From a virus (lineage: Duplodnaviria > Caudoviricetes), in IMG/VR virus record IMGVR_UViG_3300030376_006242: 64,000 bases of DNA, one strand, 5' to 3'. Each line of letters starts with the position of its first letter. The first letter of the stretch is position 1. Below, piece after piece: positions 49,106 through 58,528 of this stretch. A program made the translations under genes and the position numbers. The notes under the pieces are model-generated. The model searched no databases. It was not told the origin of the DNA and saw only the letters and a program-made list of their open reading frames with translations.

Positions 49106-49303
49106 ATGATAGGACGATTCACCCATTTATTTAAAAAGCGAGCCGAGAAGAGTGCGATGCGTAAAAAAGCAGAAGCAATGTTCTCTAGCAAGGAAGAAGT
49201 TAATATAAATGGAAACGGAACATCTGGATATACTGTCAAAGCAGGAACCAACAAAGGTAAAATTTTAGGACACATATCCAAGAAATCTACTAATAACTGG
49301 TAG
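49106..49303 (+). CDS. 65-aa basic peptide downstream of the riboswitch
   Basis: GGGAGG RBS; lies directly 3' of the glnA motif. Confidence 0.75.
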   Translation: MIGRFTHLFKKRAEKSAMRKKAEAMFSSKEEVNINGNGTSGYTVKAGTNKGKILGHISKKSTNNW

Positions 49304-49567
49304 TTACTTTCTAGTAAACAAAAAACTTCTACTGGGTTTACTGTATCGGAAATTTAACGGTTTCCAATGCGGTTCACCCAGTATGTCTTTCTCAAAATTT
49401 CTACAAGCACGGTGGTCCCAACTTTCAATCTCTATTCTAATCTGATAACGTTGTCTGGAGTGTTTTAAAGCATCTTCCATGAACTTGACTAGTTCTACAA
49501 CTTGAAAGGCATCGCCGCCGTCTAGGGTGTGTCTGATTGTTTTTTTAGTTTTACTGCCGGTCCGCAT
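49304..49567 (-). CDS. Hypothetical protein
   Basis: Late box ATAAATA (minus strand, 49578-49584) upstream. Confidence 0.55.
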   Translation of the reverse strand: MRTGSKTKKTIRHTLDGGDAFQVVELVKFMEDALKHSRQRYQIRIEIESWDHRACRNFEKDILGEPHWKPLNFRYSKPSRSFLFTRK

Positions 49568-49603
49568 ACTAAATGTATATTTATCCATACGATAAATATT
49601 GCT

Positions 49604-50809
49604 ATGCGTTATAGAGAATTCAAATTATTGACTGAAAACGAACTCATCAAAATGATGAATCCATTGTCTGAAGGTGGTAAATCAGATGCTAAAAGATATC
49701 TCAGTGAAGTGGGAGCCTTTATAGGTATGCCGGGAGTTTTGAAGGCACCTATTGATGAAGTTGATTTGAATAATATTGGTGAGGCTATAAACGAAGACAA
49801 AGTAATGAATTTGTCAAAGATTCAAGAAGATATTAAAAAGCACGTGGGTGTACATATTGGATCAAACCCAGATGGTTTGAAAGCATGGTACACGTGGACA
49901 CAAACAAAATTACTTCCTAAAATGTTCAATAGATTGAAAGAAGCACAGGTTGAAGAACCATCTAGATATGGATGGATAGCAGGAGATAATGTGACGTTAG
50001 GTCCAGTTGATGTTGTGTTTGACAATCATCCATATGGCGGCATATCAATTAAGGCTGAAGGTGGTATCACACTAAAAAGTCCTGGTATGGCAGATTTCGG
50101 TTTAACAGGAGAAAAAGGTGACAAAATCGCTAGTAAGGCTTCTGCCGAGTATAAACAATGGATGGAAAGTTGTATGAAGGCTGTGATTGCTTTGGCTAAA
50201 CAACAACAAGATAAAAAACTGTTCTTTGGAAAAAAGGATAGAGACCATATACAATACAATTCTGCTAACAATACTTTCAATTTACAAGGTAAAGGACAAA
50301 CGGCTGGACCTTTATTACAAAACATAAGCGAACAAGATATTTTAGCGAACGCAGGTCTAAATTTACCTCAACACAGAGTATTTGGTGATTGGTATGTGGC
50401 ATTTGGAGCCAAAGCACAGGATCCTTACATGATGCCTTTTAAACAGGCAGTGATAGGACAATTAGAAAGAATTATGGAAACAGTGTTACAAGATCAAACA
50501 AAAGTAAAAGGTCTCTTACAGATGGGCGTAAAGCCATATTTTTATGCAGAACCAAAAGGAATTTACGAAGTACCAACAGCAGACGGAGTGGGAGAATTAA
50601 TTTCCACTGTAAAACCTTTGACAGCAAAAAGACAGGAAACAGGAATTAATTTTAATGCATTCTTCTCTAAACCCGAAAACAAAGACACAAAAAACTTTGC
50701 TTCTGTGGAAGTGCGTTTTAGATGGCGGAATGGTTTGTTTGCTTCTAACTCAACTATTGCCGTTCAAAGTTTAAAAAATGCTGAAGCATTGGGTTGGAAA
50801 AAATTATAA
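49604..50809 (+). CDS. Late protein with possible PD-(D/E)XK nuclease core
   Basis: Late promoter at 49592; MRYREFKLLTE leader; PVDVVF...GISIK. Confidence 0.5.
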   Translation: MRYREFKLLTENELIKMMNPLSEGGKSDAKRYLSEVGAFIGMPGVLKAPIDEVDLNNIGEAINEDKVMNLSKIQEDIKKHVGVHIGSNPDGLKAWYTWTQTKLLPKMFNRLKEAQVEEPSRYGWIAGDNVTLGPVDVVFDNHPYGGISIKAEGGITLKSPGMADFGLTGEKGDKIASKASAEYKQWMESCMKAVIALAKQQQDKKLFFGKKDRDHIQYNSANNTFNLQGKGQTAGPLLQNISEQDILANAGLNLPQHRVFGDWYVAFGAKAQDPYMMPFKQAVIGQLERIMETVLQDQTKVKGLLQMGVKPYFYAEPKGIYEVPTADGVGELISTVKPLTAKRQETGINFNAFFSKPENKDTKNFASVEVRFRWRNGLFASNSTIAVQSLKNAEALGWKKL

Positions 50810-50819
50810 GTAGTAGTAT

Positions 50820-51299
50820 ATGGCAACAATCAAGTGTAAAGGTTTAACAGGTGTACAATTTGATCTAACGGTCACAATGGGTTCAACCACTATGAATGGT
50901 TTGACTGCATTGGCGCAGGCTGTGGAAGGTCAAGAGATCACAACTGCCATGTATGCAGAGATTCACGCACAAAAAGATAAGTCAATAAATCAAACCAACA
51001 ATGGCGGTGACACATTGACAGCCGCAGGTTTAGTTGACGGTGATTCAGTTTTCTGTGTAGGTTTACACACAGGCGCAACAGGTTTTAAAAGACAGAGACA
51101 AGAACAAAAATTAAAGATTGCTGTCACTAAAAGAAAAGGTCTAGCGGCTGGTGATACAAATGCTGTCTATTACAGAGCATTGAACACAAAGACCAAAGCA
51201 AATCTTCCTACACTATACACTGCTGGTAATAACGATTCGGGTACATTGGTAGACAATGCCAACTCAGGTGGTTTGGTTACTGGTCGTCCTTGGACGTAA
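50820..51299 (+). CDS. Late protein with ubiquitin-like N-terminal domain
   Basis: IKCKGLTG.QFDLTV...Q..EG...TL pattern; ends GRPWT. Confidence 0.55.
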   Translation: MATIKCKGLTGVQFDLTVTMGSTTMNGLTALAQAVEGQEITTAMYAEIHAQKDKSINQTNNGGDTLTAAGLVDGDSVFCVGLHTGATGFKRQRQEQKLKIAVTKRKGLAAGDTNAVYYRALNTKTKANLPTLYTAGNNDSGTLVDNANSGGLVTGRPWT

Positions 51300-51333
51300 T
51301 AAAGTAATGGGGAAGCGAACTCCCCCATCAATT

Positions 51334-51417
51334 CTAAAGTAATGTGAATGCTACCACAGACACAACTGCAAGTATAACTGCAAATATTCCTGCGCCGTAG
51401 TAAACTTTATTTTTCAT
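51334..51417 (-). CDS. 27-aa membrane peptide (not in ORF track)
   Basis: Starts immediately after the yhhQ stop; hydrophobic stretch. Confidence 0.45.
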   Translation of the reverse strand: MKNKVYYGAGIFAVILAVVSVVAFTLL

Positions 51418-51418
51418 A

Positions 51419-52027
51419 CTATTTTAATTTGTAAGTCTTCTGTAGTCTGTTCAGCAATATTCCGTATGCTGGTAAGAACACAACAAGTCCTACTGCTATT
51501 TTTAACACAGTCTGCGATCCTGCGATCTCAACCCAGTTAGCCGCCATGTATTCGTCAGCACTGTTGTTGAAAGCCACAGCAAAGAAAGTATATGTGTCAA
51601 TGATGTTTGCCGCGATTGTAGATACCGCTGGAGCCATCCACCAATTTTTGCCGAACTGTTTTGATTCCCTAATGTATTGGAATACATACACGTCCAACAT
51701 TGTACCAATTGCATAAGCAGTGGCACTTGCGAAACCAATTCTTACAGCAACCGATCCAGGTGCTCCTTCTGCCAACACAACTGCGATGGATCCAATAATT
51801 GCTAATGGATAAGCCGCCGCAATGGTTTGTCTGGCTATTTGTTTGCCCAATAGTCTCACAGTTAAGTCTGTTGCGATTACTACTAATGGGAAAGTGAATG
51901 CCGCCCACGTTAATTTAACACCTGCGATCTCTACAGGTATAGCCACCAACGCATTTGAAACTGTGATCACTATCACGTGCAGTGCCACCAGTTTTAACAG
52001 CATAGATTTGTCTACGTTTTTAAACAT
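51419..52027 (-). CDS. yhhQ: Queuosine-precursor (preQ0/preQ1) transporter, VUT family
   Basis: SNALV, TWAAFTFP..ATDLTVR.LG, ASATAY and DTYTFF..AF; multi-TM; own TAGACA-17-TATAAT promoter. Confidence 0.92.
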   Translation of the reverse strand: MFKNVDKSMLLKLVALHVIVITVSNALVAIPVEIAGVKLTWAAFTFPLVVIATDLTVRLLGKQIARQTIAAAYPLAIIGSIAVVLAEGAPGSVAVRIGFASATAYAIGTMLDVYVFQYIRESKQFGKNWWMAPAVSTIAANIIDTYTFFAVAFNNSADEYMAANWVEIAGSQTVLKIAVGLVVFLPAYGILLNRLQKTYKLK

Positions 52028-52086
52028 TGATCCTCCTATGGGTTCATTAATGTTATGTGGATTATAGCATGATTATGTGACTGTGT

Positions 52087-52193
52087 CTATACACTTTTTG
52101 CGTGTGCTCTGCGACAGTGTTGCATGACTGCCGCAGAACTCAACTCGAGTTGCCTAAGGAAGGCATTGACCGTGTCTGAAGTGGTCAATACTA
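52087..52193 (-). ncRNA. Candidate structured small RNA with 3-4 hairpins
   Basis: Promoter TTGACA-17-TACAAT (52199-52227); the stems need G-U pairs that form only on the minus strand. Confidence 0.6.
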
Positions 52194-52265
52194 TCCTTAT
52201 TGTAGCAGATATTTTGGTGAATGTCAAGCATTGACTTTCACAGTCAAATACCATATAGTGTATGA

Positions 52266-52445
52266 ATGCAGAAAATATACGAAGAAATATTTCAAGAATT
52301 ACTGTCATACAGAACTGGATCGTTACACCCATTTGTGAGCAAAAACACAAAGAAGGGCGAGAGTTGGCATGAACCCACAATGGCTCATTTCCAAAAACTT
52401 TTGAACAAGTACGACAAGTTACGTCAGCAGTCTGACCAGAAATAG
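52266..52445 (+). CDS. 59-aa hypothetical protein (leaderless, not in ORF track)
   Basis: TTGACT-17-TATAGT promoter; ATG 6 nt after the -10. Confidence 0.5.
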   Translation: MQKIYEEIFQELLSYRTGSLHPFVSKNTKKGESWHEPTMAHFQKLLNKYDKLRQQSDQK

Positions 52446-52647
52446 TACACAACCAAAAAAATCCAATCAAAAAAAAATTTAATTGGGTACTTACACATCT
52501 CATGGGTCTGTTTTGCTACCGATAAATATTCACATGATTCAAGTCAATGACACTGTGGAGGTTCTCAGGATGGCGCCAAATCGTTACACATATCTATTGT
52601 TGGTGATGTTGGTGCTGTTGGTGTTGTTGGTTAGACCCTCAGATGGA

Positions 52648-53508
52648 TCAATCACTTCCAAAATATCTACTGTACACAGCATCAGCAAAGTTTGAGTGAT
52701 GTGTTTCTGAAGGATGCATATCATTCTCAGCAGGTGGTATTGAAGGATCCAATATGACATCACACACAGCATGATCCACTTTTAATTTGTACCATTCTTT
52801 GGGATTGGGTATGGCTGTGTAGTCCTTTTTCATACTGAAGTGTAGATCATCACGTGCTTCTTCCAATTGTCTTATATGCCCTTCTGGTTCCACTGATAGA
52901 TGTATCACACGAGCACCTGTACCACGTAATGATGAATCGCACAGTTGAGCCAACACCATGTTGTTGTAGTATCTGTTGTACACACCCATGGGATCTAGAT
53001 ATGTGTGCTTGGTGGCTTTTTCTATGTAGTTTTGAAACTGTTGTTCATGCTGATCTGTGCTGTTACTGGTGGGACTCAATCCAAACAGGTCATTCATACC
53101 TTTGATCACTGTGCGCCATCCCCATGAAGGATCTACCACATTACAGAATGGCACAGATGTTCTAGCGGGCCATTGTAGTGATAATCTACTCATATAAGTC
53201 CACATCACAATCACCACATCCTCAGGCTTTATGGTGTCCATTGCTACTGTACACTGTCTAGCAATCTGTTGAAAACAAGCACCACGTCTAGCATGATTGA
53301 CCACAGGCATATGGAGTCGATTGCCCAACTGTTGAGGCCATGCCAATTGACTGGGTTGATATAGATGTATGTCTGTCCAATGAATGCCTTGCTGTATGAT
53401 CTGTTGATTTGAGAGAGGTTTGCCCTTATCATCAAGAGCAGGCTTAACCACATCAGGCAGTGCGAATCCTTGTGTGATGGAACAACCAAATGTGTGTAAA
53501 GTGCTCAT
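52648..53508 (-). CDS. SGNH/GDSL-like hydrolase
   Basis: FGCSITQG block I, VNHARRG and DMHP. Confidence 0.65.
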   Translation of the reverse strand: MSTLHTFGCSITQGFALPDVVKPALDDKGKPLSNQQIIQQGIHWTDIHLYQPSQLAWPQQLGNRLHMPVVNHARRGACFQQIARQCTVAMDTIKPEDVVIVMWTYMSRLSLQWPARTSVPFCNVVDPSWGWRTVIKGMNDLFGLSPTSNSTDQHEQQFQNYIEKATKHTYLDPMGVYNRYYNNMVLAQLCDSSLRGTGARVIHLSVEPEGHIRQLEEARDDLHFSMKKDYTAIPNPKEWYKLKVDHAVCDVILDPSIPPAENDMHPSETHHSNFADAVYSRYFGSD

Positions 53509-53717
53509 ATAACTGTATATATTTTGAGCAATATCTGTGCTGTATTCGAAATGGGTCTTGTGTGCCAAAAAATCAAATTACAAAAAATTAAAGAGAAGTA
53601 CTTAGGATTTCAAGGTGGTGATTTGACGCCTATATGCTTGTTAATTTGCTGTTTAGGATTTTTGTTTTATATGTGAGCCGGTCCGAGAATATTTTTTATT
53701 TTTTTTCTGATAGGGTC

Positions 53718-53753
53718 GGGAGTGTGTAACGAGGGCACGCCACACACACTCCC
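53718..53753. terminator. 10-bp stem-loop downstream of the AAA ATPase
   Basis: GGGAGTGTGT...ACACACTCCC. Confidence 0.5.
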
Positions 53754-53767
53754 TGGGTGCTGTTCAC

Positions 53768-54769
53768 CTACACTGGTTTCAACACCGTACTGGTTGCCAT
53801 GTCCTGCCACTGTTCTGGGAACGCCTTGGCAAGGTCAGCAATCTTCAACACTGTACGCAGACTGACTTCTCTCAGCCTACGTTTGTGATCCCATATGTAC
53901 TGTACCACCTGCTGTTTGGTCTCGTCTGGCAGTGCGTATGAGTTCAGCATACCATCCTTAACTATCTGCTGTATACGTAACAGTTTCTCTCTTAGGGTAT
54001 CTATGGTCAAGTCTATGTAGTGACATCTACTCTCCAGTGCTTCCAAATGATCACGCAACTTCTTGCTCTTCACGTTGTCGAACTTGATATTGGTAATGAA
54101 TATCACTGAGCCAGCAAACTCAAACGTGTCAGGCACGCCTTCTCTACGTAACATATGCGAGTCAGTGTTCCAACATATCTTACGCACCTTCTTCGAATCC
54201 AATGCCGCTTTCAATATGTTAAGACTCAAGTCGTCCAACAGTATACTATCACAGTCGTCAAACACTAGTACATTGTCTCTACTGCTGAAGTTGTACAGTT
54301 TACAGTACAAGCCTATGGGAGACATTGCTCCCTTGACCACTTCATACTTGGGAGGCATATTGCCCAATGTGGTTAACGTGTTGTACTTCTCCAACACTGT
54401 TTCAACACCAAAACTCTTGCCCACTCCTGGAGGTCCCGACACGATCATGGCACGCACATCACCTCGCTTGGTTGCTTTAGTCATGTCGTCCAATATCGCA
54501 AAACGTTTACGCATTCTCTCGATCACCTCTTCATCTGTTTCGTCTTTGGGTTGAACAGGTGGTTTGTCACGTAACTTGTTCTCCGAATCCACAGAGATTC
54601 TGATCACTTGTTTGGGTGCTTGGTACTGTGCTAGGTCCTTGATCTTTACAGTTACAAAGCCACCTTCCTTGTGCGGATATGGTTGATACGGTTTCACCAA
54701 TTCAAACTGTGTGTTCTCCACTCGTCTGTTTCGGTATGTGCCTTCCAGCACGTAGATTGATTTGTTCAA
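53768..54769 (-). CDS. AAA+ ATPase
   Basis: GPPGVGKS, LVFDDCD, FITN and ALESRC. Confidence 0.85.
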   Translation of the reverse strand: MNKSIYVLEGTYRNRRVENTQFELVKPYQPYPHKEGGFVTVKIKDLAQYQAPKQVIRISVDSENKLRDKPPVQPKDETDEEVIERMRKRFAILDDMTKATKRGDVRAMIVSGPPGVGKSFGVETVLEKYNTLTTLGNMPPKYEVVKGAMSPIGLYCKLYNFSSRDNVLVFDDCDSILLDDLSLNILKAALDSKKVRKICWNTDSHMLRREGVPDTFEFAGSVIFITNIKFDNVKSKKLRDHLEALESRCHYIDLTIDTLREKLLRIQQIVKDGMLNSYALPDETKQQVVQYIWDHKRRLREVSLRTVLKIADLAKAFPEQWQDMATSTVLKPV

Positions 54770-54770
54770 A

Positions 54771-55457
54771 TTACTGCTCCTTGTTTTGAATTGCTTGTAG
54801 TTCCAATACCATGTCGATGAATGAAGTCATCATGTCATGTGACTTGGCATCTTCGCCTTTGGGTATGCATATGCTGTCGATGTTGTTGTTCTTCAACTCT
54901 GACTGTGCTGACTTGCACACTGCCATGTCATCATACACCAACTGCATATTGAGTGCGGCTACGATCAATAGTGCTTTCATTATTGTACCATCCCTTCTAT
55001 GTACTGCTGAGGCACAACCCGTGCTGTGAAACCTCTGAAGTAATCATTGATATGTTTAGTTGTGCTCTTGCTGTAATGTTTGTCTGTTCTGATTGCTCCG
55101 TTGTGGTCATAACCTGCCACCGGAGTTTCATATGAGAACAGCACAGATATGTCTTCCCCATCATCTCTTCTGTAGGTCAACTCTGTCACATTCTCTGCGA
55201 TCGGTTTGATTCTTAGTTTGTTGATTCTTTTCATTGTGCCCTTTCTGTGTTTATGTTAATATAATACATTCTCATTACCAAAATGTCAACCATTAATTTT
55301 TTTCAATGTGTTGTACCACAATGTGATGCCTCTCCACACCCAACTGCTTTGCTATCCTGTAGCACCAATTTTCCAGACCTATTTGGGACAACCTTCCCGT
55401 GTATGTTCCCAGGTCGTGTGCCTGCCATTTTTTATTGTAAAAGTATATGGTTTTCAT
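54771..55457 (-). CDS. Three small early hypothetical genes (54771-54980, 54980-55234, 55293-55457)
   Basis: Short ORFs behind repeated promoter cassettes. Confidence 0.65.
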
Positions 55458-55509
55458 TTATGCCCTCCTATTAATAAAATATAACACACTGCTACCAAAA
55501 TGTCAACCA

Positions 55510-56082
55510 TTAATTTGGCTTCATAAATGTGTGATTACCAATAACTTCTGTCACTATAAACTTTTTGGCCCAATTGGGATATACAATATTGTGGGCGTAA
55601 TAGTATGTGGCTCCACCTGTGTTATCATACAAGTGATTGCTCATTGTGTCAAGTGCTATGTGAACTGAATCTCTCCATGCATTCATATTACTATCTATGG
55701 TTGTACCGTTCATGTACTGAACCCAAATGGTGTCTTTCTCTCCATCACACCACCATGAGAACTGACATCTGTGCTTTCGGGGATAGTATATTCTTTCGGA
55801 TTTGTCAAGTGTTTTATCCTTCTTGGTCTTCCATGATTCTCTCACAGGTCCTTCCTTGACAACTCCACAGAATGTGTTAGGATGTAGTTCTGAATCTTTT
55901 CTGTTGTCTGTGACATTTGCCACTGCCTGTTTGCCTGAATATGATTCTGCTCTGGCTTCAAAGTAAATGTTCTGCGATAAGCACCACAACTCATTCTGAT
56001 CAATCTTGATGTTGTTGTCTGCTCCAAATTGTGTCATGATTGTGATCATGATTGTCATTGCCGCTTCATTGATTATGTTCAT
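55510..56082 (-). CDS. Cell wall hydrolase (SleB/Hydrolase_2)
   Basis: NIYFEARAE, CQFSWWCDG, TGGATYY and IGNHTF. Confidence 0.92.
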   Translation of the reverse strand: MNIINEAAMTIMITIMTQFGADNNIKIDQNELWCLSQNIYFEARAESYSGKQAVANVTDNRKDSELHPNTFCGVVKEGPVRESWKTKKDKTLDKSERIYYPRKHRCQFSWWCDGEKDTIWVQYMNGTTIDSNMNAWRDSVHIALDTMSNHLYDNTGGATYYYAHNIVYPNWAKKFIVTEVIGNHTFMKPN

Positions 56083-56309
56083 CTCTGTACTTTGCCTCCG
56101 TGTTGGATTGATTGTAGGATGTTTTTTGCTTCTGTGATTACTTCTTCTTTCACGCCTGGTTTAGAAATTTTGTCTAGGTTTCTCACTGTGTTGATTGAAC
56201 TGATCACATCTCTGCCAGTGATGCCATTTGCGAAGGGCACTGAACAACCTTGTAATAGAACAAAGGAGAAAAATATGAAAATTAAAAATGTTGTTTTTGT
56301 GCCCTTCAT
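56079..56309 (-). CDS. Small lipoprotein
   Basis: Signal peptide with LQGC lipobox. Confidence 0.65.
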   Translation of the reverse strand: MKGTKTTFLIFIFFSFVLLQGCSVPFANGITGRDVISSINTVRNLDKISKPGVKEEVITEAKNILQSIQHGGKVQR

Positions 56310-56464
56310 AGTATTAATATACCTGATTTTGGTACAAATGTCAATACCAAAAAAACCCTTATTTTATGCGGTTCATTTGACCAAGAATCATGGTTTCTCC
56401 CGGTCAAACATGATTAATAGGACGATTGGTATAGCAAATATTGCCACCAATGTCAAGAGCGCCA

Positions 56465-58433
56465 TCATAGATAACGCTCCTGAATTTTCCCTTGTTCTAA
56501 CAACTCAATCTCTATCTCTCTAGGAAGTAGGTCAACATATCCTTTTTCACGTCTCCATGCCATCTCATCTTCCACACTGTGAAGGATCTGTATGTCCTTT
56601 ACACGCATACCGCCACCATTGCCGTTCACGTGGTACATATTGTACATCGACTCCAGTTCTTCCCAAGTCATTGCTTCAACTGCCTTCATCATCGTCCTCA
56701 TCGTATTCTTCCTCAGGTTGATTGAGCAACAGTTCTTCCTCTGCGAACTCTGACCAGATACCTTTTTCTTTTTCCATTAGTTCCAGTCTTCCCATTTGTA
56801 TCCGTTGTCTCTCATCTCCATGTCTCTCATTTCGTCTAGAGAATCCATGTCTGAATCAAAGTCTGAAGTCAAAAGTTCAACTTCATCTGCTTTGTATGTC
56901 AGTTCATTGTCCATGCTCTCAGCATACGAGTCTGCTATTGTGACCATGTTAGCACCATAGTCGATGTCTATCACATCTCCTACAATGCTTGAACCTATTA
57001 CTCTTACCTTGTCTCCTATATCAAAAGTTATCATGCTAGTGCCTCCCTTATGTAAATTGATACTCTTTCTGCGTTTGCCTTTGTACATTCTCTACAGAAG
57101 CCTCCACCTCTTGGACCTCTGTATCTTCTAACGATAGGTACATACTGCTTCAGTTTGTCTATCATTTTAAGATTCTCACCATTCAAAGGAACTTGTTTAA
57201 CCAACGATCCTTCTGTGCCTGAATCATATTGTTTGATCCATCTTAACACATCTCCTGGAAATGTCAAGAACCTTTCCACTGCTTCCATCTTTCTGTATGT
57301 GAAGCCTTTGGGTTTCTCTCCTTTGTATTCATAGATTGATCTGATGTTGCCTTCTTCAGAATCTCTATCGTGTTTAGGATCATATTGAAAGTGTCTGCCA
57401 GCCTTGAACTTCTTCTCAGCCTGTGCTTCATGTGGAGCCCACACAAAACATCCTGCCAATCCTGAACCCTGTCTGTATATAACTTGAAAGTTCTTTGCCA
57501 TATACTACTTGCCTCCAGTCATCTTTTTAAGATTAGGTTTAATCAAATGATGATCCGTAGCATCTGGAAAGAAGTTATCACTTGCTGGTTCCTCTTCATC
57601 ATCGTCTGCTTCTACGATTGAATAGTAAGGTCCACCATACATCAACTCCTTGACCTTTGCGGACACTATTCTCTCTGCTTCTTCCTCGGAGCAATCAAAA
57701 CCGTCTTTGAATATCTCCTCAAGATGTTCTGCTTCATCAACAACTGAATCCACGTCTACTAGTAGTTTGAATTTAGGCATTAACTTCCTCCTTCTGGTTA
57801 GTTTCTGGAGCATAGGTATCAATAACCACATCTCCATCTTCTTCAGCATACTCATTGTCTTCATCAAAAGCAACTTTGCCTAGATAAGACGTTGTGTCTG
57901 AATCTGTGTAGTTGGCATCACATACCGTAGTCTCAACACCATTGCCGTCTGTTGCGATGTTGCTAACTGCTGAATGGTCAATGCCACCATGTTCTAAAAA
58001 CAACTCATCTGCTTCGTCTTTGTTTTCTGCGATGACGTGTTGTTCTATCATCACCGTGTAGTAAGTTTTCTTACTATACAAGTTCTTGCCTAAGTCGTTC
58101 TGTGTAAATGTACAATCAGTTTTCATATTATTTGCCCTCCTGTAGTTCTAATTGTGTTGATATAATGGATTCACTTGTCTCTGTTGTGTTCCAATCTTTC
58201 TCATCTTTCTCTGGTACAAAGTCGTAAGCATACTCATCGCCTACTACATTGCCATTGACTCCTGTGTCCTGATCAATGAATGCCTTCATCATTGTTTTCA
58301 AAGACTTTCTGAAATCTTCTTTGTCGTCTGGTCTATTGAATTTTACAAACAGGGTACCGTGTACTATCTCTGCTTTTTCAACGCCATATGCTTCTGTGAA
58401 AAGCAATATTTTTCGTTCTATATCTTTTAACAT
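56465..58433 (-). CDS. Run of small, mostly acidic early hypothetical genes (56465-56701, 56777-57034, 57031-57501, 57505-57780, 57773-58126, 58128-58433)
   Basis: Coupled ORFs, most with GGAG(G)-type RBS, behind the cassette at 58491. Confidence 0.7.
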
Positions 58434-58528
58434 TTTTTGTGCCTCCGTTTTATGTTAATATAATACTAATATACCTTCTTAATACCAAAATGTCAATACC
58501 AAAAAAAGCCGCATAAACACTGGCTTTT

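Noticed and set aside
52028-52090. preQ1-I riboswitch directly upstream of yhhQ
   Set aside because: The interval is occupied by the promoter and RBS; no P1 stem with an A-rich tail is visible.
52087-52503. 138-aa minus-strand ORF in the track
   Set aside because: It crosses two clear divergent promoters and the hairpin RNA; no RBS and no protein-like composition.
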